Part shown: positions 18,471 through 28,397 of the stretch, piece after piece
Numbering within the stretch: position 1 is the stretch's first letter
Layout of the letters: every line of letters starts with the position of its first letter
Source of the DNA: Deltaproteobacteria bacterium
GTDB taxonomy: Bacteria > Desulfobacterota > GWC2-55-46
Direction: 5' to 3'
Assembly: GCA_016213015.1 (NCBI GenBank)
Contig: JACRCE010000011.1
Coordinates: forward strand, 10,586 to 74,585
Length of the DNA: 64,000 nt
Translations under genes and position numbers: made by a program
The notes under the pieces: model-generated
What the model was told of the DNA's origin: nothing
What the model saw: the letters and a program-made list of their open reading frames with translations, nothing else
The model's database searches: none

Positions 18471-18480
18471 AGGAGGCCAT

Positions 18481-18981
18481 ATGTCTTCAAAACCGGTCGT
18501 AGGCATTCTCATGGGGAGCGATTCAGACCTGGCCGTAATGCGGGAGGCGGAGAGCGCGCTCAAGACGCTTGGCGTGCCATGCGAGATGACCATATCGTCG
18601 GCGCACAGGACGCCTGAGAGGACCGGCGAGTATGCGAAAACGGCCGTAAAGCGCGGCATAAAGGTCATAATCGCCGGGGCCGGAAGCGCGGCTCATCTTG
18701 CAGGGTTCGTTGCCGCGCATACCCCCTTGCCCGTAATCGGCGTGCCCATCGATTCAGGTCCGCTCAAAGGGCTTGACGCCCTTCTTGCAACCGTTCAGAT
18801 GCCTGGCGGAGTGCCAGTCGCATCGATGGCGCTTGGCAAGGCAGGGGCAAGGAACGCGGGCATCTTCGCGGCCCAGATACTTGCCGTATCGGACAAGGCG
18901 CTGGCAAAAAGGCTTGCCTCATATAAAAAGACGCTCGCAAGACAGGTTGAGGAAAAGGCAAGGAAGTTGAAAGACGGTTGA
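18481..18981 (+). CDS. purE: N5-carboxyaminoimidazole ribonucleotide mutase
   Basis: The 166-aa ORF has the signature GILMGSDSDL...IAGAGSAAHL. Confidence 0.9.
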   Translation: MSSKPVVGILMGSDSDLAVMREAESALKTLGVPCEMTISSAHRTPERTGEYAKTAVKRGIKVIIAGAGSAAHLAGFVAAHTPLPVIGVPIDSGPLKGLDALLATVQMPGGVPVASMALGKAGARNAGIFAAQILAVSDKALAKRLASYKKTLARQVEEKARKLKDG

Positions 18982-19012
18982 GAAATAACCGTGAACCGTC
19001 TTTAACCATGAA
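18967..19012. repeat. hairpin repeat, family E copy 2
   Basis: The sequence is GTTGAAAGACGGTTgagaaataaccgtgAACCGTCTTTAAC. It overlaps the 3' end of purE. Confidence 0.6.
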
Positions 19013-19014
19013 CC

Positions 19015-19632
19015 GTGACCGTGAAACCTCTCATAATCACCGGCGAAGACCTCTTTGATTGCATCAAAGAGGTCTTCGCAAGAGGCGGGATAATAGCCTT
19101 TCCCACCGAGACCTTTTACGGCCTTTGCGTTGACCCGTTCAATCCAACGGCCATACAAGCCCTGTTCAACCTCAAGGGACGGCCTGAGTTAAACCCTGTT
19201 GCGCTCATCGTAAAAGACGCGCCCATGCTTGATACGATCGTCTCCGTGATACCGCCGGTTGCCCGGTCCCTCATGGACCGTTTCTGGCCCGGCCCGCTTA
19301 CCATCATATTCAAGGCAGGCCCCGGCTTGTCGATGGAACTCACGGCCGGAACAGGCACAATCGGCGCGCGCGTTTCAAGCAACGTCATTTGCCAAAGGCT
19401 TGTTGCCTCTTTCTCATCCCCGATCACCGCAACCAGCGCAAACCCGTCCGGTCTCCGAGCCGCAACGACGGCCCAAGAAGTGATCGCTTACTTCAACGGC
19501 TCTATTGACGTTGTAATTGACGGCAAGGAAACTCCGGGCGGACACGGCTCGACCGTCGTTGACGTAACCAATAACCGCGTCAAGATCATCCGCGAAGGCG
19601 TAATCCCTTCATCGTCCCTGTTCATAAAATAA
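19015..19632 (+). CDS. tsaC: L-threonylcarbamoyladenylate synthase (TsaC/YrdC family)
   Basis: The 205-aa ORF has the YrdC-fold motifs FPTETFYGL and SANPSG. Confidence 0.8.
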   Translation: MTVKPLIITGEDLFDCIKEVFARGGIIAFPTETFYGLCVDPFNPTAIQALFNLKGRPELNPVALIVKDAPMLDTIVSVIPPVARSLMDRFWPGPLTIIFKAGPGLSMELTAGTGTIGARVSSNVICQRLVASFSSPITATSANPSGLRAATTAQEVIAYFNGSIDVVIDGKETPGGHGSTVVDVTNNRVKIIREGVIPSSSLFIK

Positions 19633-19792
19633 TCCTAAAGGTGCGGCATTACTCCGCCGATAAGATAAATAGCGGCGGAATTACCTTGTTGTAACTCTTA
19701 TCAACAACACGGCTCAATCAAGTCAACGACTCTTCACAACCAAAGGTGTTAGGGTATGCTGCGCCATGACTCATCAGGGAGGGGGTATTGCC

Positions 19793-21913
19793 ATGAATAT
19801 TCTAAAGAGCGTGAGCATCAAAAACTTTCTCAGCGTCGTTGTATGGCTTCTTGTAGTGATGCTTGTGATACAATCCGCATTGGACATCAAAAGACTCGTA
19901 TACAACAACGACGAGCTTAAAAGGATACTGGCCGTAGACGAACTGTCAAACGGCATCCTCGTTGCCTCCGGTTTTGAGGCAAAGGAGCGCGGCGTTACGT
20001 CAATGGCGCTCTCTTCAAGCTCTGCCGTCGACTCCGGCGTGCGTCAAAAGATGCAGGATATGAGGGACAAGGGCGACGACGCCTATAAAAAAGCGCTGAC
20101 GGCCGGAGGCGTCCTGTCCGGCATGGGCGCGATGGGGAGCCTCCAACGCGAAGCGTTGCAAAGGTCTCAGAAGATGCACGCGGACCTTGAGGCCGCAAGA
20201 CGCGCAATTGACTTGGAACTCGGCAACGCGGTCAAGAACTACAGCCCGCAGGTGTGGATAAGGCTCATCACCTCGGTCATCGACTCCAAGGCCGAACTCC
20301 GGCTTGCCGCAAGGGAGCTGGCCAACGGCAGTGCGGTTCAGGACTCCCTGAGAGCCAACATGGATATGAAAGACGCCATCTGGCATGTGAGCGAGTACGC
20401 GGGCAGGGAGAGGGCCGCCATGGCCTATTATGTAACCTCCAGAAAGCCGATCGACGAAGCGGGCATGGCCAAACTCAATACCTTCAGGGCGGTAGTGGAG
20501 AAGAACCTGTTGCGCATCATGCAACTCAAGGCGTCCAAGGACACCGGCGCCGACGTGCTCTCCGCCATATCGAGGATGGAGGCGATATACCTCGGCAGTT
20601 TCAGCGAGGTGCGTAGATCGGTATACGACTCTGCCCAGACCGGCGCCTATCCCATAACCGGCAAGGAGTGGATAGAAAAGAGCACCGAGGCGATAGATAC
20701 GATACTCGCGGTTGACGTTGCCTCTGCAAAGATGATGGACGGCAAGGTCGAGACCGGTGTTGCCTCGTCAAGGCGCGATATGGCGATTACCGTCGGCGCT
20801 TTCGGCGTCATAATCGGCATCGGCCTCTTTGCGCTCCTCGTCATAAAACGCAAGGTTACGGCCCCCATGCGCCACCTTACCGAGGCCATAGCCGAGGTGG
20901 AAAAGAGCGGAGACCTTACCGTAAAGCTGAATATCACGTCAAAGGACGAGACCGGCATGATAGCCTCTTCCTTCAACAGGATGATGGACAAGTTCCATGA
21001 CATCATAAAGGAGATCCACGCCGGAGCCGAGCATCTGGCCTCGTCGTCCGAGGAGCTTTCCGCTACCGCGGCCCAGATAGCCGCGGGCACGCAGACGCAG
21101 GCGTCAAGGGCGACTCAGGTCTCGACCTCATCGAACGAAATGAGCTCGACCATCATAGAGGTTACGAAGAACATCGGAGGCGCGGCACAGGCGGCAAAGG
21201 AGGCCGGCGACGTGGCCGTAACCGGCGGCGTTCAGGTTCAAAAGACCATAAACAGCATGAAGGATATCTCCGGCACGGCGCGTGAGGCGAGCAGGATAAT
21301 ATCCGCGCTCGGCGGCCGTTCAAGCGAGATAGGCGGCATCATAGGCGTCATAAACGACATAGCGGACCAGACGAACCTCCTTGCGCTCAACGCGGCCATA
21401 GAGGCCGCAAGGGCCGGGGATCAGGGCAGGGGCTTTGCCGTGGTGGCCGACGAGGTGAGAAAACTCGCCGAAAAGACGATGCAGGCCACCAAGGAGATAG
21501 GCGCCATGATAAAGGCCATGCAGGACGAGACCAAAAGGGCCATCGCCTCGGTTGACGGCGAGGTAAAGGCGGTCGAGGGAGGCGTGAAACTGGCCGAGGA
21601 CGCCGGGGGCGCATTGAAGGCGATAGTCGGCAAGGTTGACGTCGTTACCTCTATGATACACCAGATAACCAGCGCCATGGAGGAGCAGTCCGCCGTAACC
21701 GAACAGATATGCGGGGACGTGGAGGCCGTGGCCAACGTCGCTACAGAGACCACGACGAGCGCAAAGCAGATAGCACGGGCGAGCGAGGAGCTGGCGCAGT
21801 TGGCGGCGGGCCTGAAGTCCAACGTGGACATGTTCAAGGTGATGAAGACGATAGGCGCGGCTGCCGGCACAGCCCTGCCCATGGCGCGAAAGCGCGTGCT
21901 CTCGGCCGTGTGA
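19793..21913 (+). CDS. methyl-accepting chemotaxis protein with a large periplasmic helical sensor (possibly NIT-type), HAMP and MA domains
   Basis: The ATG at 19793 is preceded by GGAGGGGG. The protein has two TM segments flanking a ~290-aa sensor, and the signalling-domain motif [32 protein letters not shown]. Confidence 0.9.
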   Translation: MNILKSVSIKNFLSVVVWLLVVMLVIQSALDIKRLVYNNDELKRILAVDELSNGILVASGFEAKERGVTSMALSSSSAVDSGVRQKMQDMRDKGDDAYKKALTAGGVLSGMGAMGSLQREALQRSQKMHADLEAARRAIDLELGNAVKNYSPQVWIRLITSVIDSKAELRLAARELANGSAVQDSLRANMDMKDAIWHVSEYAGRERAAMAYYVTSRKPIDEAGMAKLNTFRAVVEKNLLRIMQLKASKDTGADVLSAISRMEAIYLGSFSEVRRSVYDSAQTGAYPITGKEWIEKSTEAIDTILAVDVASAKMMDGKVETGVASSRRDMAITVGAFGVIIGIGLFALLVIKRKVTAPMRHLTEAIAEVEKSGDLTVKLNITSKDETGMIASSFNRMMDKFHDIIKEIHAGAEHLASSSEELSATAAQIAAGTQTQASRATQVSTSSNEMSSTIIEVTKNIGGAAQAAKEAGDVAVTGGVQVQKTINSMKDISGTAREASRIISALGGRSSEIGGIIGVINDIADQTNLLALNAAIEAARAGDQGRGFAVVADEVRKLAEKTMQATKEIGAMIKAMQDETKRAIASVDGEVKAVEGGVKLAEDAGGALKAIVGKVDVVTSMIHQITSAMEEQSAVTEQICGDVEAVANVATETTTSAKQIARASEELAQLAAGLKSNVDMFKVMKTIGAAAGTALPMARKRVLSAV

Positions 21914-21953
21914 TGCGGTTATCCGTTAACGGTTAACGATGAAGGCATAAAAG

Positions 21954-21995
21954 AAGCCCCTCCCCTTTTTTCAAGGGGAGGATGGGAGGGGTTGT
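21954..21995 (-). terminator. GC-rich hairpin with T-tract (read on the minus strand) downstream of osmC
   Basis: The hairpin is CCTCCCC-ttgaaaaaa-GGGGAGG followed by cttcttttat on the minus strand. A second hairpin, CCCCGTTGC...GCAACGGGG, sits at 22030-22062, between the convergent MCP and osmC genes. Confidence 0.4.
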
Positions 21996-22087
21996 CGTAA
22001 GGCGTAAATACAACCTCCCCGCTCCCCGTTGCAACGCTTCGCGGCAACGGGGGCCCCGCCTCCTTGGCAAGTAAGGGATTACAGAGG

Positions 22088-22609
22088 TCACCCTATCCTC
22101 AACTCCGTCTCAAGCGGAATCGGGTTGGTGAGGCAGTAGACCGCAGGGCATCTTTGCCTTGACAGCTCTTCAAGCTCTTTTATCTTCTCCTTGGGCGCGT
22201 CGGCCTCGACATACAGCGTGAACTTGACCTTCTCTGCAATGGGGTTTTCCGAAAGGCCGAAGACCTTTGAAAAGTCGATGTTGCTCTCGGCGATCACCCT
22301 GAGTTTTTTGAGTTGAATCCCCTCCATCGCAGCCATTGTCGCAAAGGTCGCCACGTAGCATGAGGCGCTACCGTAGAGGCAGTATATCATCGGGCCGGGC
22401 TTTAATCCGCCTCCGCCGAGAAACGACGGCTGGTCTGCCTCAAGAATGACCTTGCCGTTTTCAAAACTCACCTCTGCCTTGAACTGCGCCCCGGCGGAAA
22501 GACTCCACTCCCCTTCCACCTTGTTGGTCTTTTTGGCCTTTGATAAATCCTTTTGTACGGATGCAACGGTTTCCTTCAGCTTGTCCACGTTGACGTTATT
22601 GACGCCCAT
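22088..22609 (-). CDS. OsmC/Ohr-family peroxiredoxin-like protein
   Basis: The 173-aa ORF has the OsmC fold, with paired Cys in CLYGSASCYV and a second Cys in the C-terminal half. Confidence 0.8.
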   Translation of the reverse strand: MGVNNVNVDKLKETVASVQKDLSKAKKTNKVEGEWSLSAGAQFKAEVSFENGKVILEADQPSFLGGGGLKPGPMIYCLYGSASCYVATFATMAAMEGIQLKKLRVIAESNIDFSKVFGLSENPIAEKVKFTLYVEADAPKEKIKELEELSRQRCPAVYCLTNPIPLETELRIG

Positions 22610-22633
22610 ATTTCAAACCCCCCTTTTACAACG

Positions 22634-23680
22634 TTATTCAAGTTTCAATTGCCGGCCCCTTGTCCTCGACTCCACCCTGCCGATTATAGCGCATCCAGCG
22701 CCCTGCGCCACAAGCCGCTTTACAAGCCTTGCACAACTTGCCTTTGGCGCTGAAATCAGAAGACCTCCCGACGTCTGCGGGTCATATCCAAAAAGTTCCA
22801 TCGGCCCGCTCACTCCCGATACACGGACATCCTTTCCAAAAGATGCCCTGTTCCTCTCTAAGCCGCCCGGCCTTGCGGCCTTGTTGCCAACGAGCCGCAT
22901 GGCGGCTTTGAACACGGGCACATCCCCTGCCCTGATTACGATGTTCACGCCGGAGCCTTTGGCCATCTCCATCGCATGGCCAATGAGTCCATAGCCGGTT
23001 ATGTCGGTGCAGGCATTTACCTTGACGCCCGTCATGGACAGGGAAGCCGCTTTGTTCAGCGCCTTCATGCTCTTTATAGCCTCGGATGCGGCTGTGGTTG
23101 AAAGAATCCCGCGCTTCAAGGCGGTCGTTACTATCCCCGTGCCAATGGGTTTCGTGAGTATGAGCACATCCCCGGGACGCGCCGTAGAGTTCCTAATGAC
23201 CTTATCCCTGTCAACGAACCCGGTTACTGAAAGACCATATTTGACCTCGTTGTCTACAATGGAGTGTCCGCCCGCAAGGACCACCCCTGCCTCTTTGAGC
23301 TTTGAAAGACCGCCCTTCAATATACGCTCAAGCACGCCAAGGCCGAGCGTATCTGGAAAGCAGACGATATTGAGCGCAAAGGCGGGCGTGCCGCCCATTG
23401 CATAGATGTCGCTCAGGGCATTTGACGCGGCTATCTGGCCAAAGGTGAACGGGTCGTCAACAACCGGCGGGAAAAAATCCAGCGTCGCAACCACGGCCTT
23501 ATCGCCATGAATTTCATAGACCGCCGCGTCATCGGCCGTGCCGAAACCTACCATAAGCGAAGCGCTTTTTTGAACTGGCAAACGGCGCAGAACCTGCGCC
23601 AGAGGGCTTGCGCCCATCTTGGCCGCTCAACCGGCGCAGCTTGCCCAGTTCGTGAGCTTTATCTTGCGTCCTTGGTTCAA
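22634..23680 (-). CDS. selD: selenide, water dikinase (selenophosphate synthetase), Sec-containing, with a non-ATG (TTG) start and in-frame UGA
   Basis: The track ORF starts at the internal Met codon 23617. Extending upstream in frame gives (TTG at 23680) LNQGRKIKLTNWASCAG-U(TGA at 23629..23627)-AAKMGASPLAQVL..., which aligns with E. coli SelD IRLTQYSHGAGC17GCKISPKVL. The GGTPAFALNIV...LAGGHS motifs follow. Confidence 0.75.
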
Positions 23681-23697
23681 GGCTCAAGCCCTTTCTT

Positions 23698-25629
23698 TCA
23701 TCTCAGTGTTCGCACGTCGCCATTCCTGAGCGTAACGCGCTCCTTGTCAAAATATTCCAGTATCTCTATGGCGAGCTTTCTGCCACAACCGACGATGTCC
23801 CTGAACTCAGCCGCCTTTATGCCGTGCTTTGCCTTTATGTGCTCAATCATGGCAACGCGCGAGGCCGCCTCAGCCTCGACGCGGATATAACTGCCTTCCT
23901 TGAGCTTGACAAGCACACCGGTCTTTTGCAGATACCCCAACACCCGCTTAACGTCACTGTCTTTGAACAAGAGTTTCCCCAGCGCCTCAGTACCGATATG
24001 TCCGAAACCGTCGGCAACGATTGCGGCCCTTAGCGCGCGCTCTATATCGGCGTCAACGCCGGTAAGTTTCAATACCGGCGAATGAGAGGCCATTGCAACG
24101 AGATGCCCGTCCTTTTTCAAGACCTTCCGCTCGACAAGCGAGGCAATGACATCCGCAAAAAACTCATTTTTACGGTCTTTCATCCGCATTGCCGCATAGA
24201 GTGTTTCTTCATCAAGCCCGGCTTGAACGGGGCGCGCCGTATGATGCGCTGACAGAGCGCCAAGCGTCTTGCCCTCTATCTCCTCGGCCCATTTATTGCT
24301 TGCCGCCCAATGACCGATTACCTTGAGAGAGCGCGCAAAATCCTTTTCAGGCGCGCGCTCGTTGAGCATGAGGCCGAGCGTTCGCAAGTCGATTACAACA
24401 ACACTGTCAAGCAGACCGCAAATGACATCAGGCGTATCGTTATTATACAGAAATCCGGCATCCGCAAGACGCGGAGCAAGGGATGGCGACGGATACGGCA
24501 GGACAACAATGCCGCCGCCGATGGTCATGTTCCTTGCCGGGTCTCTCAATATGAATCTGTCCCCCCTTAGCATGGGCAAAGGGGTCTTGAGATACAACCT
24601 GCCAAGCACGGCCTTTTGACGCGCAACGGTAGTCCCGATAAAACGCACCGAGGCGAGCGTCTCGGCCGTGAGGTGATGCACCTTAACGTTTGAAAGGAAT
24701 TTTCCGTCAAAAGATGCCTCCTCCACAAATTCTATAAGGCAGTCCGCCTGAAACCTGTTGGCCGGCGAAGCGTTGAAAAAGGCCGCGAGTTCCTTGGAAC
24801 ATACCATAAAACCCCTGCGAACGTCCTTATGTTCAACGCCGGACAGGTTCAGGGCAACACGCTGTCCGGTACGCGCCGCGTACGCGTCCTTATGTGTGCT
24901 TTGTATGCCGCGCACCCTGACATGAGCGCCGGTCGGAAATATCATTGCCTCATCGCCCTTTTTGATCGAGCCTGACGCAACCGTGCCTGTAACGACCGCT
25001 CCAAACCCCTTTACCGCGAATGAACGGTCTATCGGCAGTCTGAACGGAACGTCATCGGAATCTCTAACAGACCTTTCAACGTATCCGGCGATCAGCGCCT
25101 TGAGTTCCTCAATCCCCTGCCCGGTGCGCGTTGACGTGGAGCACACGGGGGACACTGAAAGCGTTGTGCCTTTTACAAGCGCCTCGATGTCGCGTTTAAC
25201 CGCCTTCAAACGCTCGCCGGTTGCGAGGTCGGCCTTCGTTATGACGAATATCGCGCCCCTTATGCCGAGGAGCCTGATTATCTCAAGGTGCTCCCTTGTC
25301 TGCGGCATCACGCCGTCATCCACGGCCACGCACACGAGGGCAAGGTCGATCCCCGTCGCGCCCGCGAGCATGTTGCGTATGAACCGCTCATGCCCAGGCA
25401 CGTCGACTATGGCGATGCGCGCAAGGCCGCGTCGGGTTTGAACGTCCGTGTGTGCGAAGCCCAAGTCAATGGAGATGCCGCGCCTCTTCTCCTCTGCAAG
25501 AGAGTCCGTGTCCATGCCGGTCAAAGCCCTCACGAGCGCGGTCTTGCCGTGGTCGATATGCCCGGCAGTGCCAAGGGTGAAGGTCAAAGGGATTGGACTA
25601 TCCGATGTTTTGTCTGATGATTGCATCAT
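23698..25629 (-). CDS. selB: selenocysteine-specific translation elongation factor
   Basis: The ORF has [11 protein letters not shown] and DVPGHERF G-domain motifs and a long C-terminal extension typical of SECIS-binding winged-helix domains. The probable start is ATG 25629 or 25626; the track uses TTG 25656. Confidence 0.85.
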   Translation of the reverse strand: MMQSSDKTSDSPIPLTFTLGTAGHIDHGKTALVRALTGMDTDSLAEEKRRGISIDLGFAHTDVQTRRGLARIAIVDVPGHERFIRNMLAGATGIDLALVCVAVDDGVMPQTREHLEIIRLLGIRGAIFVITKADLATGERLKAVKRDIEALVKGTTLSVSPVCSTSTRTGQGIEELKALIAGYVERSVRDSDDVPFRLPIDRSFAVKGFGAVVTGTVASGSIKKGDEAMIFPTGAHVRVRGIQSTHKDAYAARTGQRVALNLSGVEHKDVRRGFMVCSKELAAFFNASPANRFQADCLIEFVEEASFDGKFLSNVKVHHLTAETLASVRFIGTTVARQKAVLGRLYLKTPLPMLRGDRFILRDPARNMTIGGGIVVLPYPSPSLAPRLADAGFLYNNDTPDVICGLLDSVVVIDLRTLGLMLNERAPEKDFARSLKVIGHWAASNKWAEEIEGKTLGALSAHHTARPVQAGLDEETLYAAMRMKDRKNEFFADVIASLVERKVLKKDGHLVAMASHSPVLKLTGVDADIERALRAAIVADGFGHIGTEALGKLLFKDSDVKRVLGYLQKTGVLVKLKEGSYIRVEAEAASRVAMIEHIKAKHGIKAAEFRDIVGCGRKLAIEILEYFDKERVTLRNGDVRTLR

Positions 25630-25707
25630 GGCAATTATGTGGGTCTTTCCAAACAAGGCGTCTTATAAAAATATCTTGTCCGCGTCGAGTTGTCCAGCCC
25701 TAAGTAA

Positions 25708-25787
25708 GACGGTTATCTGTGGACGGTTATCGGTTTAAGGATAATTATTCTTTCACCTGCACCGATAATTGATAACCGATAACCGTC
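25708..25787. repeat. palindromic intergenic repeat, family D, copy D1 (GGTTATCGG / CCGATAACC arms)
   Basis: The sequence is gacGGTTATCtgtggacGGTTATCGGTTTAAGGATAATTATTCTTTCACCtgcaCCGATAAttGATAACCGATAACCgtc. Confidence 0.65.
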
Positions 25788-25904
25788 TTTGCTGATTTTA
25801 CAGACCGGCCTTTGTGTGGTAGGATTGAGCATTCGATCGGCATAACTCAAACTGTAAGCACACCGGACAAACCTGACGGCTTGGATAAAGGATAACAAAT
25901 TATT

Positions 25905-27608
25905 ATGGCTAATATACTTTTTGAACCCGGTTCCCCATCTTTCATGGATCTCATTGGAAACGGCAAGATACACGTCGTTCCCAGATACCAGAGGGATTAT
26001 TCGTGGAATTATGAAGAATGGGATGATCTATGGAATGACATTGAAGGCATTAAAACCGAAAAGATACATTATATGGGTTACGTGGTTTTGCAAAAAACAG
26101 ATGACCCGCTGAAATTTTTGGTTATAGACGGCCAACAAAGAATAACCACGTTAAGCATTCTGGCGCTTGGCGTTATCAAGGTATTGGAAGACTGGGTCGA
26201 GCAAGGCGTGGACGCGGCCAACAACAAAAGAAGGATTGCAATTCTTTCGGATAAATTTATCGGATTTACTCCAGCCGCGTCTCTCATGCCTGTAAGCAAG
26301 TTACACCTTAACCGCAACAATGACGGCTTTTATAAAAGTTATTTGATACGGCGGCGCAAACCAACGGCGATTGGAAAGTTGAAGCCGTCGGAAAAAAAGA
26401 TGTGGAGGGCATTCGAGTTCTTTTGCGATAAATTGAAAAAAAGATTCGATGACGATAAGGACGGGGCAACGCTTTCGGACTTTCTGGAAACGACCATTTC
26501 AATGAATCTTGTCTTTACCTCTATTACGGTAGGAAATGATCTGAATGCCTATAAAGTATTTGAGACTCTGAATGCAAGGGGCGTCAAACTTTCAACAGGA
26601 GACCTGATTAAAAACTATCTGTTTGCCGAGGTGGCAAAAACAAGCGAGCATGATCTGGATGAAGCGGAAAGACAATGGCAAAGGATAAACGACATCCTGC
26701 AACAGATCGAACTGCCTGTATTTTTAAGGCACTATTGGAATTCAGCTCATACATTGGAACGAAAAAATACCCTTTACAAAGCCCTGAATAGCGAAGTAAG
26801 AGGCGCCGCCGCCGTATTTAATCTACTTGGGGACATGGATAAGCTGGCTCTTGTTTATACGGCACTTGACAAACCATCCGATACCTTATGGAGCAAGGAA
26901 CAAGCCGTCCTTATAGAAGAACTGTCTTTAGTCAGTAGAACACAGCCTTTTCCTTTATTGCTGGCCGCTTACAAGCATATAAAGCCGTTAGATGAGGCGG
27001 AATTTACCAAGATAATAAGGGATTTAGTTGTCGTGTCTTTTCGTTATAATACCGTCAGCGGATTGAATCCCAATACACAGGAAGAAGCATATAACAAAAC
27101 GGCTATTGGTATCAGTAAGGGAACGTATAAAACCGCGCGCGACGTGTTTAACGGTTACACAAAGGAATTATATGTGGCTGATGAGAAATTTGAAAACGAC
27201 TTTACCTACATGACAATGAACACCACGCGCAATAAAACACTGGCAAGGTATCTTTTATGCAAAATGGAAAGACAACTCTCCGCCATACCGGTTGATTGGA
27301 ACGACAGTAAAGTTACCATTGAACATATACTTCCTGAAAATCCCAATTCCGAATGGGAAAAATGGTTCGACGCTGAACAACAGAATGAAAGCATCTACCG
27401 TATAGGCAACCTTACCTTGCTGGAAACAGGCAAAAACAAAGATTGCGGAAATAAGCTTTTTGCCGAAAAAAAAGACATCTATGCGACAAGTCAATACCTG
27501 CTTACCAAAAACAAAACATGCTTTAACGAATGGAAGCCTGAAGTCTTATTAAGAAGACAGCAAGGGATGGCCTCTCTTGCTAAAACCGTTTGGAAGGTTC
27601 AGTATTAA
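25905..27608 (+). CDS. DUF262/DUF1524 protein (GmrSD-like type IV restriction / ParB-like NTPase + His-Me-finger nuclease)
   Basis: The N-terminal motifs are VPRYQRDYSW and IDGQQRITT. The C-terminal motif is TIEHILPEN...RIGNLTLLETGKN. GC content is markedly lower (~40-45 %) than the ~60 % of flanking genes. Confidence 0.75.
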   Translation: MANILFEPGSPSFMDLIGNGKIHVVPRYQRDYSWNYEEWDDLWNDIEGIKTEKIHYMGYVVLQKTDDPLKFLVIDGQQRITTLSILALGVIKVLEDWVEQGVDAANNKRRIAILSDKFIGFTPAASLMPVSKLHLNRNNDGFYKSYLIRRRKPTAIGKLKPSEKKMWRAFEFFCDKLKKRFDDDKDGATLSDFLETTISMNLVFTSITVGNDLNAYKVFETLNARGVKLSTGDLIKNYLFAEVAKTSEHDLDEAERQWQRINDILQQIELPVFLRHYWNSAHTLERKNTLYKALNSEVRGAAAVFNLLGDMDKLALVYTALDKPSDTLWSKEQAVLIEELSLVSRTQPFPLLLAAYKHIKPLDEAEFTKIIRDLVVVSFRYNTVSGLNPNTQEEAYNKTAIGISKGTYKTARDVFNGYTKELYVADEKFENDFTYMTMNTTRNKTLARYLLCKMERQLSAIPVDWNDSKVTIEHILPENPNSEWEKWFDAEQQNESIYRIGNLTLLETGKNKDCGNKLFAEKKDIYATSQYLLTKNKTCFNEWKPEVLLRRQQGMASLAKTVWKVQY

Positions 27609-27635
27609 AAATATTCGACGGTTACGAGCCAATCC

Positions 27636-28397
27636 ATGTCCATCAAACCCAAGGCGGCCTTTTTCTCGTTCACCTGTTGCGAGGGGTGCCAGCTCATGAT
27701 ACTGAGCTGCGAGAAGGAACTGCCGTCCATACTCGAACATATCGAGATAGTCAACTTCCGCGAGGCCATGACCGAACGGAGCGAGGACTATCAGGCGGCC
27801 TTCATCGAAGGCTCCGTCAGCAAACGTGAAGAAATCAAAAAACTCAAAAAGATACGTGAAAAGGCAAAGGTGGTGGTTGCCCTTGGCGCGTGCTCCGCAA
27901 TTGGCGGACTTAATTGCCTTAAAAACCGCTTCCAGATGGACTATCTAAGGAAAGAGGTCTACGGGCAGGACGGCCTGAAGTTCAAGGCCTTTGAAACCAT
28001 ACCGGCAAGGCCCATTGACTCGATAATCCATGTCGACTACTATATACACGGCTGTCCCATACCCAAAAAAGAGTTCCTGTCCGTCCTGACCTCCCTGCTC
28101 ATGGGAAGCGTCCCACGCATCGTGAACCACCCGGTTTGCGTAGACTGCAAGATAGCGGGAAATATCTGCGTGTTCGAGAAGGGCTTAACCTGCCTCGGCC
28201 CGATAACAAGGGCCGGATGCGACGCGGTCTGTATTACTTACGGATGCGTATGCTGGGGATGCAGGGGGCCGGTCGACGACCCGAACACCGCGGCGCATAA
28301 GGAAACGCTTCTAAGACACGGCCTTTCAGCCGATGACGTATCGCTCGCTTTGAGTCTTTACGGCGCTCACAAAACAAAGACTACCTCTAAAAATTAG
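27636..28397 (+). CDS. [NiFe]-hydrogenase small subunit, group-3 (MvhG/VhuG-like)
   Basis: The ORF has the N-terminal FSFTCCEGCQ motif and distal [4Fe-4S] Cys clusters (CVDCK...C, CxxGCxxxC...CWGCRGP). The TAG stop at 28395-28397 lies within the terminus of repeat B2. Confidence 0.85.
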   Translation: MSIKPKAAFFSFTCCEGCQLMILSCEKELPSILEHIEIVNFREAMTERSEDYQAAFIEGSVSKREEIKKLKKIREKAKVVVALGACSAIGGLNCLKNRFQMDYLRKEVYGQDGLKFKAFETIPARPIDSIIHVDYYIHGCPIPKKEFLSVLTSLLMGSVPRIVNHPVCVDCKIAGNICVFEKGLTCLGPITRAGCDAVCITYGCVCWGCRGPVDDPNTAAHKETLLRHGLSADDVSLALSLYGAHKTKTTSKN

